From: a virus
Lineage: Duplodnaviria; Caudoviricetes
DNA: 64,000 bases
Virus record (IMG/VR): IMGVR_UViG_3300042975_000100
Coordinates: 32,001 to 96,000 of that record
Direction: 5' to 3' (one strand)
Below, in pieces: positions 9,386 to 20,537 of the stretch (the stretch's first letter is position 1; every line of letters starts with the position of its first letter). The notes below the pieces were generated by a model that saw nothing but the letters and a program-made list of their open reading frames with translations, was not told the origin of the DNA and did no database searches. The position numbers were made by a program, and so were the translations under genes.

Positions 9386-10654
9386 TTATGCTACCTTTTT
9401 GCTAGCCGCCTTCTCAGCTTTCTTCTTGGATTCAGCAAGGAACTTTTCCAGCTCCTCATTGTTTACATCCTTGCGGAAGAACTGAGACCAGCTCTTGTCT
9501 CCAGTGATTGCAATGCCCCAACGAACATCGCCATAGCCGAAGAGTAATAAATTAGGATTACTGTTCGGTCCAAGATCGAGCTTATGCTCGAACTTTTCCT
9601 TATGGCCTTTCAACACAAACTCCAACTCACGCTGAATAGCCTTGAAGATCTTCGTCTTCACTGCCATGTCTACTCCGTTTAGTACCGTATCAAGAGACTC
9701 CTTGGTAATGTACTGATAAATGAACTTCGGATCGACGATTATCATCGCCGTCTTTTCGTTCTTTACGAACTTAGGCATGACGATCTTGACAAGTTCAAAG
9801 ACCATCGCCTCAAGCTTCTTCTCGTCTTCAAGCTCATTGGCTTTTTTGATGCCGGCTTTCTTGAAAGCCTTGCTGAGATTCTTGATATCGGCAAAGGCAT
9901 TTTTGACCTCCGGCTTCTTGCCAATTTCTTCCATCTCCTTCACCGTTACCCCAAGCATTTTGGCAATCTTATCGGAAATTGCAGGATCGCTGTCCAGCTT
10001 GGTCATTGCTGCTTCTACGGCTTTGAGATCGATACTATCAGCATCTTTCATACCGGCTTTGTCATCGGCCTTTGATTTTTCATCGAAGATAAGATGCATG
10101 ACGTCCAACTTTGTTGGAGCGCCACCGTGAACCTGCTGGAATCCAGCCTTATCATCTTTATGAGAGACGATAACCTCCCTGGACGTTTCAATACCCTCTT
10201 TCCAGAGATTGAATTCGTCCATGGTTTTAAATTCCTTGACTCCGGATGGGAGGTTCACAGTAACCTTTCCAGTCTTTTTGTCAAGATGGCATTTAACCTT
10301 CTCCGTCTTTTTAGACGGTTCAGGCTCTTCCTTCTTTTCGATGTCTACCATCGTCGGAAGGAACTGCTTAAGTGATTTCTCAAACAGTTTCAATGCCGGG
10401 TTATTCTTTGAGGAAATAATGTCATCTCCATCAAAGATTTTAGATTCCGATCCAAGCTGAACCTGCTCGAACCCCTCGATTCCTTTCCATACATGGATAG
10501 GAACCACCCAGCCATTACACATGGCTTTAATAGCATCCTTGCTAAAATACCATCCTGCTTTTGCATACTCTGTGAAGGAACCGCCATCGATTCCTTTTAC
10601 TGCTTCCAGATATGCTGCGATCTCTTTTTCGTTTTTCTTTACCATTGTTGACAT
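9386..10654 (-). CDS. Lys-rich hypothetical early protein
   Basis: RBS ggagg; early promoter at 10710; contains the KLDVMHLI motif. Confidence 0.7.
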   Translation of the reverse strand: MSTMVKKNEKEIAAYLEAVKGIDGGSFTEYAKAGWYFSKDAIKAMCNGWVVPIHVWKGIEGFEQVQLGSESKIFDGDDIISSKNNPALKLFEKSLKQFLPTMVDIEKKEEPEPSKKTEKVKCHLDKKTGKVTVNLPSGVKEFKTMDEFNLWKEGIETSREVIVSHKDDKAGFQQVHGGAPTKLDVMHLIFDEKSKADDKAGMKDADSIDLKAVEAAMTKLDSDPAISDKIAKMLGVTVKEMEEIGKKPEVKNAFADIKNLSKAFKKAGIKKANELEDEKKLEAMVFELVKIVMPKFVKNEKTAMIIVDPKFIYQYITKESLDTVLNGVDMAVKTKIFKAIQRELEFVLKGHKEKFEHKLDLGPNSNPNLLLFGYGDVRWGIAITGDKSWSQFFRKDVNNEELEKFLAESKKKAEKAASKKVA

Positions 10655-10749
10655 AATTAACCTCCTATAAATATACAGTTTACTTATACTATTGATCATC
10701 GATCACTGTTATAATATATCATTGAAATTAATTACTCTTACAAATTATC

Positions 10750-11010
10750 TTATGCATCTACAAGAGCGAATTCTACACTTACTTTACTAAGTTTAACAGA
10801 AACGTAAATCTTAGTTTGACGCAGTTCAGTAATCAAAGTAAGGGGTGTATTTTCCCTCATATAGATGGCAGCCTCATTATCGATATTCTCATCTTTGATC
10901 AGAAGTTCATTAGCAAGTTTAATTACTTTATTAGCTCTGATTAATCTCCATGCATTTCTGGTATTAAGCTGTCTCATAAGCTCAGCTAGTAGATCGAACT
11001 TTTCTTTCAT
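10750..11010 (-). CDS. Hypothetical protein
   Basis: ORF with G-rich RBS. Confidence 0.55.
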   Translation of the reverse strand: MKEKFDLLAELMRQLNTRNAWRLIRANKVIKLANELLIKDENIDNEAAIYMRENTPLTLITELRQTKIYVSVKLSKVSVEFALVDA

Positions 11011-11088
11011 TTCTATTCCCCCTGGATATAGACAATAAGTACCCCATATCCAATTAAGGATATGGGGTATTATCTTGCTTTGTGTGGA

Positions 11089-11358
11089 TTAAAGGTACTT
11101 CTTAATGATCAGTACATAAGCCGGGTCCATGTACTCAGATTTGATCATTTTCTTCAGGAACTTCTTACCATTCGTAAGCTCAGCGATATGCTTTGCTTTC
11201 ATGGAAACAAGTCCATTTACATTCGGACGAACAACAAGCTTCAGAAGAGTATCCTGAGCTTTTGCAAGAGCAAGGTGCTCTTCAACCCGTACACGGTTAG
11301 CAGCGCTCTCAGCCAAATATTCGTCGAGTGCTTTCAGAAAATCTGCTTTCTTAGCCAT
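11089..11358 (-). CDS. Small basic hypothetical protein
   Basis: RBS ggagg; terminator hairpin at 11041-11070. Confidence 0.65.
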   Translation of the reverse strand: MAKKADFLKALDEYLAESAANRVRVEEHLALAKAQDTLLKLVVRPNVNGLVSMKAKHIAELTNGKKFLKKMIKSEYMDPAYVLIIKKYL

Positions 11359-11454
11359 TTTCTTTCCTCCATTTAAAATCAGGATATGATTTCATATCCC
11401 TTAATTTAGTAAGGGGTTATCCCCTAATTACTCTTAAGTTATAAGTTTTGTAAA

Positions 11455-13145
11455 TTATAACGTCAAAAGATTAGTGTATGGGATATTACCATTACCAAGG
11501 GTATTGATGCCTACTTCATCAGTTGGGAATCCTTTAAGATTATCATTAATGATATTATCGTAATCAATAAATCTAATGATCCATTCAGGAATAGGATCGC
11601 CAAACTGAATAGCTATTGAAGTGATTCCAGCTTTATACTCTTTAGCAGAAAGAAGTTCTACTGCTTTTTTATACATAGCAGGATCATCGTTCTTGATATC
11701 TTCTACTGTTTTCTTATCAAGTTTAGTCTTAATAATCAGAAGACTATTTCTCTTCTCAAGATCGATAGGATCGGAATCTACAGGGCGTAAGGTGTTATAT
11801 GCATATGCTGCTTTTATACCCTGAATTCTCATTGGCATTGCATATGAAGTCATTGGTTTGATCCGTGCTGGTTTATGATAAGTGGTTTCACCGCTCACCA
11901 GAGATTTGAAAATCTTCTTTTCCAGTACAGCCAAGCTGTTAAGAATCTTCATCTGATCCACACCAGTCTCAGAATCAAGAATCTCTTCAAAGAGAATTCT
12001 CTTAAGCTCATCAGCAGTTGACTTAGGTGTACCGGCTTTATCCAATTCCAATCCTGTTACCGATAATGCTGCACTCTTAGGAACCATGTTTCCTTCCTGA
12101 ACCAATGTATTAGCAGCATAATGTTTCTTTACATACGTAAGAAGGATGGACTTAAACAGGAATTCATTCTTCATAATTAATAAGCATTTTCTTCCAGGAC
12201 TGGAGGAATAATGTTTATCGCAGAAGTTACGCATGTAATCGAGAATAAGCTGACTGATGGTATATGACATAATATCTATAATCGAGCATCTGAGTCCATC
12301 TTGTGGAATAAGCTTTAGCGGTTCTACCGCACGATGAGTAGCTACAAGCTTATCGTTATAGAAATCATAGTCATAATCAAAGTCGATTAATTCCACTACC
12401 TTCTTTTTAGGCATATCTCCAAACTCATCAGCTTCTATGAGTTTAATGATATCATACTTCTGGTGCTTGATAGCCATATCAATTCCCTTAGTTTTTTCTG
12501 CTAAGAACTGATACCATGCTTCAAGAGAGATTATGCAAGAATCTGTATCTACGATCAACACTGTATCTCTCGGCATAGTCTCTATGCGATCAAGCTTATC
12601 CAAAGTGATATACTCGTAATACACATATTCTTTTACCCATGCTAAGAAGATATTCATATGATCTTTAATCTCTTCTGGAACCTTATTAGGATTCAAGAAT
12701 GGAGTTTTTAAGGTCATAAGCATAGAGACAAGAAATGAATTTACCTTTTTATTTTCACAGAACTCAAACAGATTATTCTTGTAATAGATTCTGTTCAAAT
12801 CTTCCTGTGATACTCGGCTAAGCATATCCCAGATTATCATGGCTTCCTTCTCACTCGGAACCCACATATAACCGGTTGTTGCCATTATCTTATAGAAACA
12901 CTTCGTAAGACTTATATTCTCATCGATGATATCATTGTCATTAAGCTTTCTTATTGCTTTTTCCATTCTGATATTATCGATGAATGTTACTACCTCATCC
13001 AGAGAACCAAACTGAACATTATTCGCTAAGAATGATTCAAAGAATGTAATTGATGCCGAGATAATACTCTTACCCATAGTTGTAATACTCGGCGCTACAT
13101 GTAAATTGAAGAACACCGAAGACGGTGCCCCGAACGTTCCATATA
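11455..13145 (-). CDS. Family B DNA polymerase, motif B/C half, exon 2
   Basis: Begins (L)YGTFG; contains motif C VDTDS and the KKHYA segment. Confidence 0.9.
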
Positions 13146-13550
13146 CGAAATCTTAAGATAGGTCTACTGTGGATATCCACTCATTACCTATCCCTCTATT
13201 GCTAGAGCTTGATCTTTTCGATCAATGTCGAGACTATATCTTCAACTCTAGATTCCTCTAGAGCTGGGTGGCACTTTCAACCCGTTTGGGCCGTACTTCC
13301 TTTCGGAATAGTCGTTGAACCTTCAAAAAATGTAATCTTTGAATTTGATACTGATTACAATTTAAGCTTGGCTGCTGATTGCCCATTGTACAAAGCACTT
13401 AGAGTTACTATCCCCATATGCTATCTTATAGTTTGTTTCTGCATTTCGCGACCTTTATAAGGTACTATAAGCTTTAGGACTTCCCAGCAATTCACTCACC
13501 TTTTCGACGACCCTCGCGAGCCGAAGGACCTATTGCTCTTTCGAACGTCA
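13146..13550 (-). mobile_element. Group I self-splicing intron (405 nt, no homing endonuclease ORF)
   Basis: Core elements P aattgctgggaa, Q aatcagcagc, R gttcaacgacta, S aagatatagtct; 5' exon ends in U and intron ends in G; removal restores KIDMNGLYG in frame. Confidence 0.93.
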
Positions 13551-13986
13551 AGCCATTCATATCAATCTTTGCTAACAACTGCAGCAGATTGTATTTGTTA
13601 AACATCTCCGTACCTTTAGGATACTTGAACATCTCATTCTTGTATTTGGTACGTAAGTCTGCAAGACTTTCAATGAAGTTATAGTATGGGTTTACTACAT
13701 CTCCATGTCTTGCAAAGAGAACACCATATGCAGTGATGATCGGCTTTTTACTAGATATATAATCCACCATCTGCTTAAGTGTCGATGTAACCTCTTTGTT
13801 TTTGTAGTTATTCAAGAGAGTGCAATCTGCATCCTTGAATCTCTTTTCCATAGAGAAGTCTATCACCTTTGCGATTTCATCTTCCAATAAAGATGGAAAT
13901 GCAAGTTTAAGACTTCGCATCATGACGTTTTTGTACTCTTTAAGCGGGTCGTCATCCCGCAGCCCAAGATTAAATAGTTCAGCCAT
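13551..13986 (-). CDS. Family B DNA polymerase, motif B/C half, exon 1
   Basis: Ends in the motif B start QLLAKIDMNG; exons total 436+1691=2127 nt (708 aa). Confidence 0.9.
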
Positions 13987-14097
13987 TTGTCTATGTTCCT
14001 CCTTATAATTGATTACTACCTTGTGAAGACCGGTCTAAAAAACTATAGTTACCTCCTTCAAGTATATAATATATAATAGAGATTATCATTGTTCTAA

Positions 14098-14217
14098 ATT
14101 TCAGTTATGTATAATATAAGTGAATAAAGAATATGCGACACAGAAAATCCCTCTACCACTCACAATGGTAGAGGAATATCTGCTGTCACGATTCTAGGAA
14201 GAGAGGTGACAATTGTG
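14098..14217 (+). repeat. Conserved promoter-hairpin-RBS leader, copy 1
   Basis: Closely similar to the reverse complement of 36228-36346. Confidence 0.85.
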
Positions 14218-14370
14218 AACCATTCAGAGTTCTTGCCTAATTACATAGACAAGCATGGACCTGGCAAAGATGCAAAGTTTGATTCGAAAGAATCAGCTTT
14301 CGCCAGCATGTGGGATTTAATTTCCGCTGCCCAGGCGGCTTGGAAAAAAGAAATCTCGTTATCCCTGTAA
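14215..14370 (+). CDS. 51-aa minigene (MNHSEFLPNY...EISLSL), absent from the ORF track
   Basis: GTG start 6 nt after gaggtg; open to TAA; terminator at about 14400-14432. Confidence 0.65.
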   Translation: MNHSEFLPNYIDKHGPGKDAKFDSKESAFASMWDLISAAQAAWKKEISLSL

Positions 14371-14567
14371 GACGCTTACTTAGATAATTGAGATTTGAAA
14401 AGAAGGGAGCCGAAGCAACTCCTTTCTTTTTTATTCAATATGTATATCTTATTATTTTTTCTTAATCGTAGCCAACCCTGTGCTAATTTTACTGTTTAAA
14501 CATAAAAATAATCTACGGTAGTAGAAAACTAAATAGGCCTATTTAAAATATAAAGGAGGAAAATTCA

Positions 14568-14999
14568 ATGTTTATTGAAGGAAAGAATTCTGCTGTTCAG
14601 GTGGAAGGCACCGGTGTTGCCGATGAATCTGAGCTTAGAGGTTATATCTTCGAGAGCGCTGTATCTGCTATGCCGGATGAGGCTCGTAAAGCTTATCTGG
14701 AAAGCGAAGAGTGTAAAGCCGCTGTTGACGAGGGTGTTGTTGGGCGTCGTTCCATTATGCGTCTGAACAAAGCTGATGATCTGACCCGTCGTACGAAACT
14801 TGCTTGCCTGCAGAAAGCAAAGGAAGACAATACGGCAGAGTGGCAGCAGCTGCGTAAAGTTCAGGCTAAACGCAAAGCTCTTCTGGCGAAGATCGCGATG
14901 AAGTATCAGAGTCGTGTACAGCGTGATGCTATTAAGGCTCAGCGTGCTATGCTGAAGGTAACTCCTAATGCATTCACTGCTCCACTGAAGTTTAACTGA
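14568..14999 (+). CDS. Putative head/internal virion protein
   Basis: Late promoter at 14499, strong RBS, N-terminal hydrophobic-X-E-[SG] sites, basic C-terminus. Confidence 0.55.
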   Translation: MFIEGKNSAVQVEGTGVADESELRGYIFESAVSAMPDEARKAYLESEECKAAVDEGVVGRRSIMRLNKADDLTRRTKLACLQKAKEDNTAEWQQLRKVQAKRKALLAKIAMKYQSRVQRDAIKAQRAMLKVTPNAFTAPLKFN

Positions 15000-15225
15000 T
15001 GTGAAGGTGGGGAGGACTTCGGTCCTCCTCTTTCCTTTCGTTAGAATTTTAAGTATTCTTAACATTATGGTAGTGAATACTTTTTTGCCATGAAAGGTAT
15101 ACGCTCCTTAATTTATTATAACCTGATATCCGGGATGGGTCTAGGCTCATCCTGGATACCTGTGCAATTTCGATTTGAAGGATATATTATAGTATTGGTA
15201 AGCAAATATTCTATGGAGGTACAAG

Positions 15226-15555
15226 GTGAAAATAGGTATGACTATTGCTAGCAAGATTGATTCATTTGGATCAAAAGCAAATTTTAAAGAATTCGAGGTG
15301 CATCTTAGAGAAAAAGAAGATGGATATAAGTCTATCTTAGTTGCTGCTAAGACTACGTCAGCAAGAGCATTGATTACCAATGCCAACTCATTGAATGATA
15401 CAGCCTATAAAATGATGGCTGGGGTTATACGTAACATAAAACCCGATGAGAAAAGATTAATCACAATGGCTAGAAATAGCAAGGTGGTATTAGTCCGTGG
15501 AGGATATGAGAAATGTGCGGATTTAATTGACAAATTCGTTACAGCACTATTGTAA
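15226..15555 (+). CDS. Hypothetical protein
   Basis: GTG start after ggagg; early promoter at 15181. Confidence 0.6.
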   Translation: MKIGMTIASKIDSFGSKANFKEFEVHLREKEDGYKSILVAAKTTSARALITNANSLNDTAYKMMAGVIRNIKPDEKRLITMARNSKVVLVRGGYEKCADLIDKFVTALL

Positions 15556-15620
15556 GTTTTGAATAGTATTCCAACTTCTAATTAACCTAATATAGGGATA
15601 ATAACTTAAGGAGGATAATA

Positions 15621-17756
15621 ATGGTTGCATCAAATGAAGTAGTATATTTTATGTATGCAGAATTATTAGAAACTGGTCACATGGCAATTAAGACCAGTGA
15701 GATCAACAGATCCACATGGCAGGATCATTATGATGGTATCATGAATCTCATGAAAGATCATATTGAAACGGAGCAGTTGCAGAGCAGCTTTGTTACTGTT
15801 GACTTTGGTAATGGGGATATTGTAGAGTTGTCTGTAATCGATCTCTATATAAATCTCATTATGTGGTATCCACTTGTATCATTGAATATTCCGATCACCG
15901 GTGAGCATTTGTATTTCAATGAATGCGAAACCCAGGATACGATTAAGAATTTCTTTGATACGTATATCATCGAAAGGTATCGTCAGTATATTGATAACAC
16001 AGTGCTGAACAATATCCTCGACGATGCAGTACATAAGTTGATTGAGACAGATGCATTTGGTATGTATCTGGCTAACACAATCAATTTAAAAGATACGATT
16101 GAACTTATGCAGGCCAATCCTGAGTTCAATAACATTCTTCATACAAGTTTGGCTAATATGCCAATGGAAGATGTTAAAGAGATCGGTATGCAGTTGACTA
16201 ATCGTAGTATTGATATTATCAAAGATGCTAAGAAGTATATTGGTCATGATCACTGTCTGGCTAATAGCTTTAGAGCTCAACAGGGTATCAATATTCGTCA
16301 GTTCAAAGAGTTCCTTTTGAATATTGGTTCCAAACCTAATGGTATGGGTGGTGTTCATCCATCTATTATTGATGGATCTTATGTCGGTGGAGCACTGAAC
16401 AGCATCCTGGCTCAGTTCATTGATTCTAGTGCTTCTCGTGTAGCACAGATTCAGACTAAGGGTAACACTGGTGAATCTGGTAAGTTTGCACGAGTATTAG
16501 GCTTAAATAATATCGATAGTGATATTATGCAAGACCCTGACTATGATTGTCACACAAAGAATTTTATCGTACTTCAGATTGTTGATAAGAAGCACTTTGA
16601 AGAGCTGATCGACCGTTACTATAGATTCGATCCTGATGGTATCGATCATCTGATCACTCCTAAGGATACATTCTTGATTGGTAGAATCATTTATCTGAGA
16701 TCTCCGATGACTTGTGCATCTAGTGCACGAGGCCATGGCGTTTGCCATAAATGTTATGGTGAACTTGCTTATACAAATCGGCACATCAAAGTCGGTAAGT
16801 ATGCAGCTGAGAAGTTATCTGCAGAGATTACTCAGCGACAGTTGTCGGCAAAGCATCTGCTTGAAACCATCATTAAGAAATTAACTTGGTTTGGTGGGTG
16901 GGATAGATTCCTTGCTGTAAATATGAATATCATTCAGCTTAGCAAAGAAGCTATCATCAAGAAGAATACATTCCTTATCATAGATCCAGAGTCGATCGAT
17001 TATGTGAATGAGGATGATTATGATACTGATGGCGACATCAGCACTACAGATGAATATAATGAGTATATCACTGAGTGCCGTGTTGAAACCCCTGAAGGAG
17101 AATCAGTAATCATTGGTACTGAGAATAAGGATAAACTTTATCTCAGTAATGAACTTAAGAGTTATATGACTCATTTCGGTAAAAGAACAGAGGATGGACT
17201 TATCTCTATCGATCTGTTCCATATCTATAATGAGAATGATGAGTTCAGCTTCTTCCTGCTCGATCTGGACAATAACGAGCTTAGTAAGACCCTTGATGAT
17301 ATCAGAAATCTCATCGATCTTAAACCTGTAGTGCAGTCTCATAATAAAGACAGTATTCTGCAGGAGATGCTTAGACTCGTAATCGAAGGTAAACTTCATA
17401 TCATGTCTGTGCATCTTGAGATGCTTCTTATGGATCAGATCAGAGACGCTGATAATGTATTGGAAAAACCTGATTGGAGTAAGAAGAATGCTCCGTATCA
17501 GCTTCTGACGCTGAATCAGTCTCTTCTCAAGAATCCGAGCGTTACAGTAACGTTACTTTATCAGTATTTGAGCAAGGTACTTTACAATCCGTTGACGTTT
17601 AAGAAACATGCTCCATCCAGACTTGATCTGTTCTTCATGAAACAACCTCAGCAGTATCTCTCTAATCAGAGCAATATTGCTGAAACAAAACCAGTCAACA
17701 CCGGAAAGACTAGGGTAATCACGAAGTATAGAGTTCCTGGAGAGCCAGATTGCTAA
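15621..17756 (+). CDS. Phage RNA polymerase beta'-like subunit (C-terminal part)
   Basis: Bridge-helix KGNTGESG, LRSPMTC...VCHKCYG Zn site, trigger loop TQRQLSAKH. Confidence 0.9.
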   Translation: MVASNEVVYFMYAELLETGHMAIKTSEINRSTWQDHYDGIMNLMKDHIETEQLQSSFVTVDFGNGDIVELSVIDLYINLIMWYPLVSLNIPITGEHLYFNECETQDTIKNFFDTYIIERYRQYIDNTVLNNILDDAVHKLIETDAFGMYLANTINLKDTIELMQANPEFNNILHTSLANMPMEDVKEIGMQLTNRSIDIIKDAKKYIGHDHCLANSFRAQQGINIRQFKEFLLNIGSKPNGMGGVHPSIIDGSYVGGALNSILAQFIDSSASRVAQIQTKGNTGESGKFARVLGLNNIDSDIMQDPDYDCHTKNFIVLQIVDKKHFEELIDRYYRFDPDGIDHLITPKDTFLIGRIIYLRSPMTCASSARGHGVCHKCYGELAYTNRHIKVGKYAAEKLSAEITQRQLSAKHLLETIIKKLTWFGGWDRFLAVNMNIIQLSKEAIIKKNTFLIIDPESIDYVNEDDYDTDGDISTTDEYNEYITECRVETPEGESVIIGTENKDKLYLSNELKSYMTHFGKRTEDGLISIDLFHIYNENDEFSFFLLDLDNNELSKTLDDIRNLIDLKPVVQSHNKDSILQEMLRLVIEGKLHIMSVHLEMLLMDQIRDADNVLEKPDWSKKNAPYQLLTLNQSLLKNPSVTVTLLYQYLSKVLYNPLTFKKHAPSRLDLFFMKQPQQYLSNQSNIAETKPVNTGKTRVITKYRVPGEPDC

Positions 17757-17880
17757 TCTATATGTAAGAGATATTAAGGCTGCTCATCCGGGCAGCCTTT
17801 TTATTTTTTCTGACATTTCAATAAAAATGATGGGTATCTTATCCATCCTCTACCTTTATACAAGCAAAGGGGAAATGAAC

Positions 17881-18234
17881 ATGGAAGAACAGCAGAAAAC
17901 GCTAGGATATTACATGTCGCTTGTCTACCCAACTAGGTTCATAGAACTTAATGATGGTGGATTTAAAGCTATGCATCCGATGTTACATGGTTGCTCTGTA
18001 ACTGGAACTACCATCACTAACTGTCTCGAAGAGTTGAAGAAGACTCGACGACTATGGATGATAAAAGCCATGGAGGAACATATGGATATTCCTAAACCAG
18101 ACGATTATCCATATCTGTATTTTAGATATGTGCATGTGTATTCTGAAGACGGAATTATGCTGTATTCGGTTCATATCTTCTTAGATGGATTCAAATCTAA
18201 GAAGAAAAATAAGAAGAAGAAAAAGGTATCTTAA
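17881..18234 (+). CDS. hicB: HicB-family antitoxin-like protein (orphan)
   Basis: YYMSLVY...GGFKAMHPMLHGCSVTG.T...L...W...E...IPKP matches the HicB N-terminal domain pattern. Confidence 0.7.
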   Translation: MEEQQKTLGYYMSLVYPTRFIELNDGGFKAMHPMLHGCSVTGTTITNCLEELKKTRRLWMIKAMEEHMDIPKPDDYPYLYFRYVHVYSEDGIMLYSVHIFLDGFKSKKKNKKKKKVS

Positions 18235-18240
18235 AAGGAG

Positions 18241-18789
18241 TTGTTTACATTGTTCGATAAGGTTTCTCCAAAAAGAAATGCTGTCACCACTATGGATGTA
18301 TACGAGATTGCTAAAGACACGGATGATCAGGCTGTAGTCGATTATCTTAAGCAGGGAAATACGAGTTTCTCTATCGTTCGTTTTCATTTTGGTGAGGCCT
18401 ATTTGTTTGCCCATATCAAAGAAGCTGCAGACCTTGAGTACATCAAGAAGATTGCGGACTTTATCCATGGTACGAATGGCAATATCTTCCTGTATGAAGC
18501 TACTGTTCTTGGCTACATTTCCAAGCAGTCTGGCATTACCTTCAAATTGTCTATCGACGATGATTTGGAATACGAGCGTAAAGAGTTCGGAATTGATTCT
18601 TTTGTCGCTGAACAGGAGCCTGAAGACGTTATCAAAGTTTGCAATGAGATCAATGAAATCAAACCTAAGTTTGATATGCGTACGTCTCTTGCAGTGCGTC
18701 TGTATCGTCCGGAATCTATTGAGTATGATTTTGCTGCTAAAGCTGAAATCATGTTCAAGCGTGTTGACGGCGAAGTAGTTAAACAGTAA
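18241..18789 (+). CDS. Hypothetical protein
   Basis: 182-aa ORF followed by a terminator; start uncertain. Confidence 0.6.
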   Translation: MFTLFDKVSPKRNAVTTMDVYEIAKDTDDQAVVDYLKQGNTSFSIVRFHFGEAYLFAHIKEAADLEYIKKIADFIHGTNGNIFLYEATVLGYISKQSGITFKLSIDDDLEYERKEFGIDSFVAEQEPEDVIKVCNEINEIKPKFDMRTSLAVRLYRPESIEYDFAAKAEIMFKRVDGEVVKQ

Positions 18790-18873
18790 AGTATCAATAT
18801 GGAGCAGCCTTATACGGGCTGCTCTTATACTTTTTGATTGGCCCTAAAACACCATAATGTGAGGTGTTGATAA

Positions 18874-20427
18874 ATGCAGAAGCATAAATTAGAAGTTAAG
18901 CACACTTGTATTAAGATAAATAACTATGAACTAGGAGATCTTCCCAGTACAGAGAAGTTTTTCTCCATATGGGACCCTGTAAGATTTCAAGCATTTCCGA
19001 AAGGAATAAAATACGATCAAGAAACAAAGACTCTATATCTGCCTAGAGGAGCTAGCATCCCTAGGTTAGAGAAAGATTTAGGGGTAAATGCATTTATAGA
19101 TCAGAGCCATGATCCAGTACAAAGGGTAAATCCTATTATGCTCAGATATATGCCTAGAGATGATATCCAAAAACAGGGTATTCAATTTCTTCTTGGAAAA
19201 GGAGAGTATGAGTATACCGCTAGAAAGTCTCAGCTATCTGTAAATCTAGGGCCTGGGGATGGAAAGACATATCTCTCTGTTGCAGCAGCTGCATATTATG
19301 GAGTTCGTATGGCTATGATCACTTCTGCTGGTGGTTGGATAGAGCAGTGGGCAGAGCGTATCCAAGAGTATACTGATACAACGAGAGAAGAGATCTATAT
19401 AATCAAAGGTAAACCATCTATAGTTATGCTACTGAATGGAGTTCATGATATATCGAAGTACAAATTCGTACTTTGCTCTCATAATACATTAAAGTCGTAT
19501 GGCGATAAGAATGGATGGGATAAGATCGGAGAACTATTCAAGATGATGGGTATCGGGTTAAAGATATATGATGAGGCTCATCTATACTTCGATAACATTT
19601 GTTCTATAGATTTCGCTACAGATACTCTGAAGACTATATATCTTACTGCCACCCCAGCCAGAAGTGATAGAAACGAAGATAAAATATATCAAGCTGCATT
19701 CAGTAGTGTTCCGGGATTAGATTTGTTTGACGATGAGCGAGATCCTAGAACACACTATGTAGCTTTCCATTACAGTAGTAATCCATCTCCTATTGACGTT
19801 CAACGGTGCAGAGGAGCATATGGATTCTTGGCAATCAAGTATATAGATTACGTAGTCAAACGCCCTAACTTCTATGAACTATTGTTCATACTATTGGAGA
19901 TTGCTAAGACTAAAGGAAAGACTCTTATCTATATAGGCAAGGTGGATGCTATCTATCGAGTATATAATTGGATTATGTACAACTTCCCTGAACTGAATGG
20001 AATGGTTGGAATGTATCATTCTAAGATGGACCCAGAGATAAAGGAAGCTGAAAAGGAAAAGCTTATCATCTTATCTACGATAAAGTCATGTGGAGCGGCT
20101 ACTGATATCAAAGGTCTTCAGCTTACCATCAATCTGGCTAATCCTTTTAGCTCTAATGTAATTGCAAGGCAGACTCTTGGAAGGACTAGAGATAAAGGAA
20201 CTATGTACATAGACGTAGTAGATACAGGATTTGCAACTCTTAGAGGATACTATAAGCATAAGCAAGGAATATTCTCTAAGTATGCTTTAGACTTTAGAGA
20301 TGTCATCTTACGGAAAGACATGCTGCATGAAAAGTACATGCAGATGTTTGCCAATAAGATGGAATGGTATAACAAACTTTACTCTAAGGATTCAGATAAA
20401 AAGAAGAAAGTAATGCATTTAGTGTGA
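18874..20427 (+). CDS. Superfamily 2 DNA helicase (UvsW-like)
   Basis: Walker A PGDGKT, DEAH, TATP and QTLGR motifs. Confidence 0.9.
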   Translation: MQKHKLEVKHTCIKINNYELGDLPSTEKFFSIWDPVRFQAFPKGIKYDQETKTLYLPRGASIPRLEKDLGVNAFIDQSHDPVQRVNPIMLRYMPRDDIQKQGIQFLLGKGEYEYTARKSQLSVNLGPGDGKTYLSVAAAAYYGVRMAMITSAGGWIEQWAERIQEYTDTTREEIYIIKGKPSIVMLLNGVHDISKYKFVLCSHNTLKSYGDKNGWDKIGELFKMMGIGLKIYDEAHLYFDNICSIDFATDTLKTIYLTATPARSDRNEDKIYQAAFSSVPGLDLFDDERDPRTHYVAFHYSSNPSPIDVQRCRGAYGFLAIKYIDYVVKRPNFYELLFILLEIAKTKGKTLIYIGKVDAIYRVYNWIMYNFPELNGMVGMYHSKMDPEIKEAEKEKLIILSTIKSCGAATDIKGLQLTINLANPFSSNVIARQTLGRTRDKGTMYIDVVDTGFATLRGYYKHKQGIFSKYALDFRDVILRKDMLHEKYMQMFANKMEWYNKLYSKDSDKKKKVMHLV

Positions 20428-20537
20428 TATTGCCCGTATCCTATCCAAGGATACGGGATTCCCTTTGTTTAGCGTCAATTCGTTTTTACACAACTTTAAA
20501 GTAATGCAATTACGTTAAATCAAGAAGGTGAAAAAGC

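Noticed and set aside
13209-13460. 83-aa plus-strand ORF as an intron-encoded endonuclease
   Set aside because: It is antisense to the intron core and has no HNH, GIY-YIG or LAGLIDADG motif.
14035-14080. Minus-strand early promoter plus aaggagg RBS as a separate gene
   Set aside because: No start codon or open frame follows the RBS; at most it is a promoter for the PolB exon 1 gene.
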